Shown: piece by piece, positions 17,497 to 25,687 of the stretch
Numbering within the stretch: position 1 is the stretch's first letter
Layout: each line of letters opens with the position of its first letter
Source of the DNA: Cuniculiplasma divulgatum
GTDB lineage: Archaea > Thermoplasmatota > Thermoplasmata > Thermoplasmatales > Thermoplasmataceae
Assembly (NCBI RefSeq): GCF_900083515.1
Contig: NZ_LT671858.1
Coordinates: 330,001-362,000 of the forward strand
Length of the DNA stretch: 32,000 nucleotides
Direction: 5' to 3'
Notes under the pieces: model-generated
Seen by the model: only the letters and a program-made list of their open reading frames with translations
Databases searched by the model: none
Told to the model about the DNA's origin: nothing
Position numbers and translations under genes: made by a program

Positions 17497-17793
17497 ATGG
17501 TAAAAATGTCACATGGGCCAAGGTCAGGATCAAGAATGACCATGACAAAGAGATTGAAAGATAGAGGAATGCCAAGAATTAATTCATACATGAGAAAATT
17601 TGAGGTTGGAGAATTTGTGGCAGTGAATATTGATCCATCTGTGCACAAGGGGATGCCATTCCACAATTTCCAGGGTTTTACTGGGGTTATAGAAGGTATG
17701 CAGGGAAGGTGCTATCTTCTTGGCATAAAAGTGGGTGGAGTAAAAAAGACAATTATCGCTGACCCTGTACATCTGAGAAAAATCAAGGTGTAG
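17497..17793 (+). CDS. rpl21e: 50S ribosomal protein L21e (eL21)
   Basis: SHGPRSGSR...FEVGEFVAVNIDPSVHKGMPFHNFQGFTGVIEG matches L21e throughout. Confidence 0.95.
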   Translation: MVKMSHGPRSGSRMTMTKRLKDRGMPRINSYMRKFEVGEFVAVNIDPSVHKGMPFHNFQGFTGVIEGMQGRCYLLGIKVGGVKKTIIADPVHLRKIKV

Positions 17794-17795
17794 TT

Positions 17796-18104
17796 ATGAA
17801 TATAAAGTATATCACATCATCAGAGGCCAGAGACTTACTTCAGGACCTAAAGGAAAACTCACCTGAAGAAGCTAAGGAATTTGAATATGTGAGACAGTTT
17901 TCAAGACTAAGCAAAAAGGATGCAGTCGAGGCAGTTAAGAAGATATCTGAACTTTCAGGTTTCTCAGAAGAAGTCTGTGTAAAGATAGTCGATCTGATGC
18001 CATCCAACATTGAGCAGATGCTGGCAATTTTAAATTCTTATAAGCTTACACCAAAAGATGAAGTTTTAAGTAGTATAATTGATTATTTAAAAGAATTGCA
18101 GTGA
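17796..18104 (+). CDS. rpoF: DNA-directed RNA polymerase subunit F (Rpo4, RPB4 homologue)
   Basis: 102 aa and helical. SEARDLLQDLKE...VKIVDLMPSNIEQMLAIL. It occupies the conserved position between rpl21e and the DUF655 gene. Confidence 0.8.
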   Translation: MNIKYITSSEARDLLQDLKENSPEEAKEFEYVRQFSRLSKKDAVEAVKKISELSGFSEEVCVKIVDLMPSNIEQMLAILNSYKLTPKDEVLSSIIDYLKELQ

Positions 18105-18108
18105 TAAT

Positions 18109-18657
18109 ATGGAAGAATATGCTTTCATTCTGGACGTTCTAATGCAGGGTAGGTCTACGGATCATTCATATAGCAGGACACCTTTAGTTTTTGGACTGGG
18201 AGAGACCGAGTTCAAGCTTCTTGAAATGATTCCAAAGGAGGGGGCCATTCTTACTGTTGGTGACAGGGTATACATTGGAAAGGATCTCCAGAAGAGAGAT
18301 AAAATAATGACTGTGAAACGCAGGATAGGGTATGAGGAATTATCATCGTCAGCAGTAACAGAATTACCATATATACTCGAGAACATAGTTAAGGAGAATG
18401 AAAAAAAATATGTTGATTTCTTCAACAGGGCAGAATCAATTAACTCGCGAATGCATACTCTTGAACTTCTTCCAGGGCTTGGCAATAAAACAATGTGGTC
18501 AATCATCGATGAAAGAAAGAAGAAACCATTTGAATCCTTCAAGGATCTTACAGACAGGGTAAAGACGGTTCATCACCCTGAAAAGATGATAGCAGTTAGG
18601 ATCGCGCAGGAAATTGACGGGAAGAATGAAAAATACAGGATTTTTGTTAAACAATGA
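18109..18657 (+). CDS. DUF655-family putative RNA-binding protein (OB plus HhH)
   Basis: EEYAFILDVLMQGRS...GETEFKLLEMIPKEGA..VGDRVYIGK is the family N-terminal signature. The conserved rpl21e-rpoF-DUF655-ksgA neighbourhood supports the call. Confidence 0.78.
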   Translation: MEEYAFILDVLMQGRSTDHSYSRTPLVFGLGETEFKLLEMIPKEGAILTVGDRVYIGKDLQKRDKIMTVKRRIGYEELSSSAVTELPYILENIVKENEKKYVDFFNRAESINSRMHTLELLPGLGNKTMWSIIDERKKKPFESFKDLTDRVKTVHHPEKMIAVRIAQEIDGKNEKYRIFVKQ

Positions 18658-19373
18658 AGCTCTATACTGAAAAATATGGTCAGGTCCTTTTGAGGGACAA
18701 AAATATTGCGCAGATAGAGATTTCAAATCTCGAAGAAGGGGAAAAAGTTCTTGAAATAGGTCCAGGGGAAGGATTCTTAACCCAGTTTCTCCTTGAAAAA
18801 TATCCAAAAGTCACAGTTGTTGAGTCTGATCACAGATTTGCGGATATACTCAGTGTGAAGTTTTTTGATTATGTGGAACACGGGCAACTCGAAATTATTC
18901 ACGGGGATTTCCTCGAATACGAAGGCCTGGTTCAGGATCAAATAATAGGAAATGTCCCCTATCATATTTCATCGAAAATTGTTCAGAAATTGTCGACGAT
19001 GAAGTTCAACAAGGCTGTACTTATGTTCCAGAGTGAGTTCGCAACCACTCTTATGGCAAAGCCATCAACAAAGGAATATACCCGAATGACTGTTTTCGCC
19101 TATCTCAACTTCAACATTGAATTTATTAAGCTTGTTTCAAGGAACAGCTTTTCACCTATTCCAGGGGTGGATAGTGCAATAATATCTCTCAGGAACCATG
19201 ATAATTTTCCCGATCTTGACTGGAATCTTGCAGAGACAAAACTGAGACAAATGTTCTCACAGAAGCGGAAGAAACTCAAAAATGTCATTGAGAACTGCCC
19301 TGTGCAATTTCAGGAGAATCGCATAGATCAGTTGCCCCCAGAATCTATTATAAACTTATTGCGAAATGAATAG
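18654..19373 (+). CDS. ksgA: 16S rRNA (adenine1518/1519-N6)-dimethyltransferase KsgA/RsmA/Dim1
   Basis: VLEIGPGEGFLT is the SAM motif I, and IGNVPYHISS is present. It overlaps the upstream gene by 4 nt (ATGA). Confidence 0.92.
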   Translation: MKLYTEKYGQVLLRDKNIAQIEISNLEEGEKVLEIGPGEGFLTQFLLEKYPKVTVVESDHRFADILSVKFFDYVEHGQLEIIHGDFLEYEGLVQDQIIGNVPYHISSKIVQKLSTMKFNKAVLMFQSEFATTLMAKPSTKEYTRMTVFAYLNFNIEFIKLVSRNSFSPIPGVDSAIISLRNHDNFPDLDWNLAETKLRQMFSQKRKKLKNVIENCPVQFQENRIDQLPPESIINLLRNE

Positions 19374-19719
19374 CATTCCAGATTGAAACATGGATTATAC
19401 TGATTGGATAGGAACAAGGTTCAAAAAAACGGAATCAAAAAAAGCCACATTATATTGAAATTTAATATAAAAATCTATTAGTCCAGTTTTTTATATAAGG
19501 GTTCTCTCTAATTTCAAATAAAAATTTAGGGTAATTACTCACTGAAAGGATCTGGTACTTTTAGTTTCAGAAGAACAACTGGTTTGCGGTTGTCTTCTAT
19601 TTTGCATTGGTACAAAAGAATAAAATTAACTAGATGATTTGCACAAACAAGTTTTTCATTAGAGATTTTCACATAAATTGCTAAACTTTAAAAAACCAGC
19701 CAGCCCAGAACATACTTAG

Positions 19720-19762
19720 AATTAAAAATAAAAATTAATGTAATTAAAATAAAAATTATTGT
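19720..19762 (-). terminator. Tandem T-rich (minus-strand) terminator-like direct repeat
   Basis: Two near-identical units, AATTAAAAATAAAAATTAATGT and AATTAAAATAAAAATTATTGT, sit on the plus strand. On the minus strand each reads TTTTTATTTT(T), beginning 7 nt after the stop of the small zinc-finger ORF. Confidence 0.4.
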
Positions 19763-19768
19763 TTAAAT

Positions 19769-19873
19769 TTAATCGAAAGCGCATCCGCACTGTATTGCTT
19801 CTATTTCGCTCTCATGTTTTGTCCCACACTGGTGGCATTCAAAGGGTCCTTTTCCTGTTTCCATACTTATCAT
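19769..19873 (-). CDS. 34-aa CxxCG-type zinc-finger miniprotein (not in the ORF track)
   Basis: My translation is MISMETGKGPFECHQCGTKHESEIEAIQCGCAFD, with four Cys arranged CxxC...CxC. It has its own TATA-like box and T-rich terminator. It is the only GC-enriched stretch in a 770 bp AT-rich gap. Confidence 0.5.
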   Translation of the reverse strand: MISMETGKGPFECHQCGTKHESEIEAIQCGCAFD

Positions 19874-19895
19874 AAAATTAAGTAAAGTTTTAAGC

Positions 19896-19902
19896 ATTTA
19901 AA
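19896..19902 (-). promoter_or_regulatory. TATA-box-like TTTAAAT for the miniprotein ORF
   Basis: Minus-strand TTTAAAT is centred about 26 nt upstream of ATG 19873, which is leaderless geometry. Confidence 0.4.
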
Positions 19903-20144
19903 CTTTGCCACTCTTGAATTCGGCATTTGACTGACATATGATGCAATTGTGTAAGTTTAAATTCAAAGGTCAATCATATCAATAATAGCAGTGTTTTCCG
20001 GAAAATAGTGAGGATTAGTTTAAAATAAATAGATCATCCTATTCTTTTAAAATTAAATATAAACAAGTGACTCTTTATAATAAAAATTGAAAAATGTTAT
20101 GAAAATACTGGTTTTCTAATTAATAATCAAGGAAAAGTGTATTT

Positions 20145-20987
20145 TCACTTTCCTGTGTCGCTGGCTGTATCCATGTTATTCTTTTGCTGTTGTATCTTGG
20201 CAAACTCACTTATTCCGAAATTGCTCACACCGGCTGTGAGTGTGTTTGCTGGAATCATCATCAGAGTTCCCTTTCCTTCCAGACCAATTTCATAAAGTAT
20301 GTTCATCCATCTTAATTGAAGTGCTCCAGGGTTGTCCACATACATCTTGGAAGCCTCTACCATCTTGCTTGCTGCCTCTACTTCCGCCAGTGCCAGTGTT
20401 ACTCTTGATCTTCTTTCCCTCTCTGCAGAAGCCTGCCTGGACATTGCCTCCTGAAGTGACTGAGGAACCACAACATCCCTGATCTCAACTGATGATACCT
20501 TTATTCCCCAGTGTTCAGTCTTTTCATCTATAATGGCTCTTGCACCTTCGCCGACCTTTTCTCTTTCTGAAAGAATCTCATCAAAGGAATACTTACCTAT
20601 AACCTCTCTGAGAGTTGTTTGAGCCGACAAACTTGTCGCATTCGCAAAGTTTTCAATATTCAATACAGCCTTCTGTGGATCTATGGCCTGATAATACATT
20701 ATGGCGTCACAGTTTACCGGTACATTGTCGTTTGTGAATGTTGAGTCAGTTTTAAAAGCAACTGCCTGAATTCTCAAGCTTATAATAACAGGTATCTTGC
20801 TGATGAAAGGAGTTACATAAATTATTCCTGGTCCCTTAATCCCTGAGAACCTTCCCAGTGTAAGCACGGGTGCCCTTTCCCACTCTCTCAGTATATGCAA
20901 TCCTGATAGGATTATTAGCACTATCACAATCACAATAAATATCAAAAAATATTCTATAGCACTCATCAGGATATATATGTGTATCAT
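20145..20987 (-). CDS. SPFH/Band-7 (stomatin/prohibitin-like) membrane protein
   Basis: An N-terminal TM (IEYFLIFIVIVIVLIIL) is followed by ILREWERAPVLTLGRF...GPGIIYVTPFI...TLREVIG...ERERR, the SPFH core with its coiled-coil region. Confidence 0.9.
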   Translation of the reverse strand: MIHIYILMSAIEYFLIFIVIVIVLIILSGLHILREWERAPVLTLGRFSGIKGPGIIYVTPFISKIPVIISLRIQAVAFKTDSTFTNDNVPVNCDAIMYYQAIDPQKAVLNIENFANATSLSAQTTLREVIGKYSFDEILSEREKVGEGARAIIDEKTEHWGIKVSSVEIRDVVVPQSLQEAMSRQASAERERRSRVTLALAEVEAASKMVEASKMYVDNPGALQLRWMNILYEIGLEGKGTLMMIPANTLTAGVSNFGISEFAKIQQQKNNMDTASDTGK

Positions 20988-21211
20988 ACTAATTAATTGT
21001 TTCTAAATTAATTTATTATATTCTAGACTTTTTTACTCTGAAAGGCTGTAAAACAGAGAAATTTTATACACATGTGTTGGACTATATGAGGAAAATAAAA
21101 GGGAAGAATATGGCACAAAAACAATTGAAAATTGAGTATAAATGTTGGAGATCAATAAGATATTGATAAAATGAAAATCATTTTAGCAGATAAAGGGATA
21201 AAGAATGGGTT

Positions 21212-21814
21212 ATGGGCGTTCAAGAATTCGGTTCAAAGATCAGAGACGGTAATTTCTTTCATATAGCAATAAATACGGACGAAAACTATTTTAGACATGC
21301 ATTCAGTAAAATGGAATATATCATGGCATATGAATATCTGGAAGAACTTATGGATAGACTTTCAGTTAATTCATACAGGATAAAGGTTCCCAAATACATT
21401 TACCGCGGTGAGGACAAAGATTTCGAGCATTATATTAACGAAAGGAGGAGCATATTCAAGGATCATCCTCTAAATAAAATGGAGGAAGGCTTCATGGATA
21501 GATTCAGACAGTTTAAAATACAGAAATATAAGGAAATTGAATCCGATAAAATGTCTATCTGGAACCAGAAAAGTGTTATGGAAATTATAGACGAAGAAAA
21601 AAAGAATCATATTTTGATAACAGGATTTGATACTGATAATGAGATTTTTATAAATGCACTGAATGCCAGTGACATGGGTATTGTACCTGTGATACTTTCT
21701 GATGGAGTGTCAGCACCATCAGAGAGAAACCATTTCAACACTCTTGAATTAATGAGCAGATTCACATATATGGTTGATAGCAGAGATATCATGCTCATGG
21801 CCGGTGATCTTTAA
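21212..21814 (+). CDS. Isochorismatase-fold-like protein, apparently lacking the catalytic Asp/Cys
   Basis: The C-terminal HILITGFDTDNEIFINALNASDMGIVPVILSDGVSAPS has the layout of the isochorismatase 'vvGlaTDxCV...G..v.vv.Da' region, but Glu sits where the nucleophilic Cys is expected. The N-terminal half is unlike the family. Confidence 0.45.
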   Translation: MGVQEFGSKIRDGNFFHIAINTDENYFRHAFSKMEYIMAYEYLEELMDRLSVNSYRIKVPKYIYRGEDKDFEHYINERRSIFKDHPLNKMEEGFMDRFRQFKIQKYKEIESDKMSIWNQKSVMEIIDEEKKNHILITGFDTDNEIFINALNASDMGIVPVILSDGVSAPSERNHFNTLELMSRFTYMVDSRDIMLMAGDL

Positions 21815-21815
21815 C

Positions 21816-22424
21816 ATGAATAGAGTACCAATAATACTCATAGGCGGTATACCGGGAGTAGGAAAAACCAGTATATCTGGATATATTGCAAGGCAATTGA
21901 ATATCAACATTGTGATGTCAGGAGATTACATAAGGGAAATAATAAGACCATTCGTTCCAGATGATGATGTATTGCAATACTCTGTTTACGACTCATGGAA
22001 GAAATATGGGGAAAACACAGAAGTGAATGTAACGAGAGGATTCCTCAATCAGGGAAAACTCATAAACAGGGCCACTTATTCCTCAATAAGAAGGGCAATT
22101 ACTAACGGAGAGCCGATCATCATTGAAACGCTATATTTCATCCCAGATCAGCTTAAGGAAATTATAGGTGAAATAACCAGCCTATATATTCACATTTCTG
22201 ATTATAATACCCACGTTAATCGACTCAATGAAAGAGAAAAATATACACACTTCGGTTCACCGGGAGAAAGACTTTCATCAAACCTAAAAAATTATAGAAT
22301 TGTAATGAAAGAGTCAATGCGTCAGTGTGAAAAATATAACATTAGAATTTTTGATAATATGGATTATATAAGAACTAGAGAGCAAATACTCGAATATGTT
22401 TCTTCTGTTAATGGTAGAATATAG
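21816..22424 (+). CDS. P-loop kinase, 2-phosphoglycerate-kinase-like
   Basis: The ATG at 21816 gives MNRVPIILIGGIPGVGKTSISGYIARQLNINIVMSGDYIREIIRP, i.e. a Walker A and the 2PGK-like D.IRE motif. It starts 1 nt after the upstream stop. Confidence 0.6.
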   Translation: MNRVPIILIGGIPGVGKTSISGYIARQLNINIVMSGDYIREIIRPFVPDDDVLQYSVYDSWKKYGENTEVNVTRGFLNQGKLINRATYSSIRRAITNGEPIIIETLYFIPDQLKEIIGEITSLYIHISDYNTHVNRLNEREKYTHFGSPGERLSSNLKNYRIVMKESMRQCEKYNIRIFDNMDYIRTREQILEYVSSVNGRI

Positions 22425-22520
22425 AAAAGTAACAATTAACAACTTAGCAGTTACTTTCACTTTCAGTAATAACTGTTTTACTTTACAAAATTAATTTATG
22501 CTTTAATCACATTGTAAACT

Positions 22521-23846
22521 ATGTCAATTGAAACAGTTAACCCATTTTCCATGAGCAAGCTGGGCAAATATGAAGAAGATGATGAAGACACAGTGAAAAA
22601 AACATTTGAAGGTGTGAATAGGGAACAGGAAACCTGGAAAAAAAGTATTGATGATAGAATCAAGTTCCTGAAGGACGAAGTTATTCCTAGATTCAAAAGG
22701 GAAAAGGAAAACCTTGCAAAGATTATGTCATCTGAAATGGGTAAGCCAATCACCCAGAGCAGGGCGGAAATAGATAAGTGTATCATGATGACAGAATATT
22801 TCTGCAAGGAGGGGAAGAATTTTCTGTCAGATAACGTCATTGAAACAGAGGCAAGCAAAAGTTTTGTAAGATTTGAACCCCTGGGAACAGTGTTCCTAGT
22901 AATGCCATGGAATTTCCCATTATGGCAGGCTATGAGAGCAGCAATTCCTGCAATGGTAGCTGGAAATGGAATAGTACTCAAGCATGCATCAATAGTAACT
23001 GGAAGTGCCAAGAAAATGGAAGAAATATTCGATAGTCCGCTTTTCAGGGTGATAAAGGTATCAGGCTCAAGGGCGCTTTCAGCAATCAAATATTCGGATG
23101 GAGTTTCATTTACAGGCTCTGAAATGGCTGGCATGGCAATAGCATCTGAGGCTGGAAAACATATAAAAAAATCAGTTCTTGAATTAGGTGGTTCAGATCC
23201 ATTTGTGGTTCTTGACGATGCAAACCTCGAACAGACAGCAAAAGAAAGTACCTATGCTCGATTGCAGAACAACGGTCAGAGCTGTATAGCCTCAAAGAGG
23301 TTTATTGTGAGCAAGAAGATTTCAGAGAACTTCTTTGCACTGATGAAGGAAAACTTTGAAAAGGTAAGGCTAGGAGATCAGCTTGACGATAAAACATACA
23401 TAGGACCGCTTTCCTCTGCATCTCAGGCTGAGACTGTGAGGAAGCAGATAGAACAGTTGAACAGCCTTGGGAAGCTTCAGATGTTTGGCGAACAGCATGG
23501 TAATATTATCCCACCAACTATTGTCCAAACAGAGGCAAACTATTTAGATGAAGTCTTTGGTCCAGTTGCTATTTTCAAAACGTTTGACACACTGGAAGAT
23601 GCTGCAAAAATATGCAATGAAACTGGATTTGGATTGGGCGCATCAGTATGGGGTAGCGTTGATCAGGCTGAGAAGGTAATACCTATGATCAGATCTGGAA
23701 TGGTTTTCGTGAACAAGGTTGTAGCTTCTGATCCCAGACTGCCATTTGGAGGTGTGGGAAAGAGTGGATACGGGAGAGAGTTATCTAAGTTTGGGATACT
23801 TGAATTCACGAATTTTAGAACAGTGTGGATTCAGGAAAGACCCTGA
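22521..23846 (+). CDS. NAD(P)-dependent aldehyde dehydrogenase, succinate-semialdehyde-dehydrogenase-like
   Basis: VNPF at the N-terminus, FLVMPWNFPLWQ, GNGIVLKHA, ELGGSDPFVV (catalytic Glu) and NNGQSCIASKR (catalytic Cys). Short 441-aa form. Confidence 0.88.
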   Translation: MSIETVNPFSMSKLGKYEEDDEDTVKKTFEGVNREQETWKKSIDDRIKFLKDEVIPRFKREKENLAKIMSSEMGKPITQSRAEIDKCIMMTEYFCKEGKNFLSDNVIETEASKSFVRFEPLGTVFLVMPWNFPLWQAMRAAIPAMVAGNGIVLKHASIVTGSAKKMEEIFDSPLFRVIKVSGSRALSAIKYSDGVSFTGSEMAGMAIASEAGKHIKKSVLELGGSDPFVVLDDANLEQTAKESTYARLQNNGQSCIASKRFIVSKKISENFFALMKENFEKVRLGDQLDDKTYIGPLSSASQAETVRKQIEQLNSLGKLQMFGEQHGNIIPPTIVQTEANYLDEVFGPVAIFKTFDTLEDAAKICNETGFGLGASVWGSVDQAEKVIPMIRSGMVFVNKVVASDPRLPFGGVGKSGYGRELSKFGILEFTNFRTVWIQERP

Positions 23847-23917
23847 GATAAAATTTTTAAAAGAAATCTTCATCCGACTTCTCAAAGGTTTTAAACCTTT
23901 CAACACTATGTTAATTC

Positions 23918-25495
23918 ATGAAAGGAAGTGATCTCTTTACTAAAGCGCTTTTAAATGAAAATGTAAAGCACATATTTGGGTTGCCGGGCGAAGAAAATAT
24001 AGACTTGCTCGACTCAATTTCAAAAACAGACATTGACTTCATAGTCACCAGACATGAACAGGGTGCTGCATTTATGGCAGATGCCTATGCCAGAGTTAGG
24101 AAAACTCCTGGAGTATGTCTATCAACCCTTGGCCCTGGGGCAACAAATCTTCTTACCGGTGTTGCAAATGCTCATCTTGACAAGGTGCCTGTTGTGGCCA
24201 TCACGGCCCAGGCATCAAGAGACAGACTCCATAAAGAATCACATCAGAATGTTGATACTATTGCACTTTTCTCTGGCATAACAAAATATAACAGGTCCGT
24301 AATAGTACCTGACAGTATACCCGAGATAGTAAGAAAAGCATTCAGCATATCAATGAAGGAACAGCCTGGCGCAGCGCACATACAGTTGCCGGAGGACATT
24401 GGTTCCATGGAGACAGATGAAGTAAGAATGATCCCAATCCCAGACGAGGCAATTTACGAGGCAAACGGTAGCATAGTAAAAAAAGCTGCAAAACTGATAA
24501 ATTCAGCCAAGTATCCAATCATTCTTGCCGGAAATGGGGTCATTCGTTCCAGATCATGGGATATGGTAAGGAAGTTCGTTGAGGTTTCAGGTATACCAAT
24601 TGTAAGCACTTTCATGGCAAAAGGCATACTGCCCTATGACAATCCAAACAATCTTTTTATAGTTGGGGGCAGGCCATTTCCAATTGAACTAAGACCATTA
24701 ATTCACTCTGACCTTGTTATAGCAATCGGTTTTGATATGGTAGAATATGATCCAATTATATGGAATGAGGATTCATCACGAAGCGTAATAAACGTGGCAA
24801 CCACTATGGCAGAAACAGATGAACACTTTCCTGTTGCATTTGATCTTGTTGGTAATATAAATATTACACTGGACCTGTTATTGAGGAACATTGAAAAGAG
24901 ACCACTAACCAAAGAATTCATGGAAATACGAAGGAAAAGAAAAGAGTTCTTTGAATCTCCTGGAACTGGAAAGGAAATTATACCTAAGGCAGTAATCAAG
25001 GTTCTTTCAGAGAACAATCACGAAAATACCCTTGTAATATCAGATGTTGGATTACACAAAGTCTGGATGAGCAGATACTACCAGCCAAAATTCCCTGATC
25101 GTACCATAATATACAATGGATTTGCATCTATGGGAGGTTCACTTCCTGGGAGCATCGGTGCCATGAAGGCCAATCCTGATCTGGATGTGATAGCTGTCAT
25201 GGGAGATGGTGGATTCCTTATGAATGTACAGGAGCTGGAAACGGCGTACAGACTGGGTATTTCATTTACTGCAATCGTTTTCAATGACAGAACTTACAGT
25301 CTAATAGAAAAACATCAGGAGGACCATAATCTGAGTCCGAAATATATACATTTCACAAATCCAGACTTCGATCTACTGGCAAAGAGTTTTCATTCTGAAT
25401 ATTTCTATGCAGATGAGGCAAAAGGATTTGCTGAGGCTCTGAAGGAATCAAGAAGGTCAGATGGTGTCAAGATCATAGAGGTTAAGATTAACTAA
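23918..25495 (+). CDS. Thiamine-diphosphate-dependent enzyme of the acetolactate-synthase/2-oxoacid decarboxylase family
   Basis: HIFGLPGEENIDLLD, RHEQGAAFMADAYAR, GPGATNLLTGVANA, and the TPP motif GDGGFLMNVQELETA...NDRTY. At 525 aa it is shorter than typical IlvB, and no small subunit or ilvC lies nearby. Confidence 0.85.
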   Translation: MKGSDLFTKALLNENVKHIFGLPGEENIDLLDSISKTDIDFIVTRHEQGAAFMADAYARVRKTPGVCLSTLGPGATNLLTGVANAHLDKVPVVAITAQASRDRLHKESHQNVDTIALFSGITKYNRSVIVPDSIPEIVRKAFSISMKEQPGAAHIQLPEDIGSMETDEVRMIPIPDEAIYEANGSIVKKAAKLINSAKYPIILAGNGVIRSRSWDMVRKFVEVSGIPIVSTFMAKGILPYDNPNNLFIVGGRPFPIELRPLIHSDLVIAIGFDMVEYDPIIWNEDSSRSVINVATTMAETDEHFPVAFDLVGNINITLDLLLRNIEKRPLTKEFMEIRRKRKEFFESPGTGKEIIPKAVIKVLSENNHENTLVISDVGLHKVWMSRYYQPKFPDRTIIYNGFASMGGSLPGSIGAMKANPDLDVIAVMGDGGFLMNVQELETAYRLGISFTAIVFNDRTYSLIEKHQEDHNLSPKYIHFTNPDFDLLAKSFHSEYFYADEAKGFAEALKESRRSDGVKIIEVKIN

Positions 25496-25687
25496 CCCAT
25501 CTTCAAATTTTCCCTGTGGATATTCAATTTCTAAGACTTCCAATTGTAGACCATTGAACTTTATACCATATGGGATCTTTCTTGCAATTTTTAACCAGTG
25601 GTCAGAAATAAAGAATAGAAATTAACATGACTCTCAATTTTGGCACACCATTTGAGAGAAAATGAAACCATGTATTTTAGATTAAAC

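Noticed and set aside
21171-21266. 31-codon ORF (MKIILADKGIKNG...) in another frame overlapping the start of the isochorismatase-like gene; considered as evidence of a frameshifted longer gene
   Set aside because: I could not recognise any family similarity that bridges the two frames. It is short and ends quickly. The evidence for a frameshift is insufficient.
22496-23134. 212-aa minus-strand ORF
   Set aside because: It is entirely antisense to the strongly supported aldehyde dehydrogenase gene. It is Ser/Leu/Ile-rich and low in complexity, with no motif. This is the typical stop-poor antisense frame of a purine-rich coding strand.
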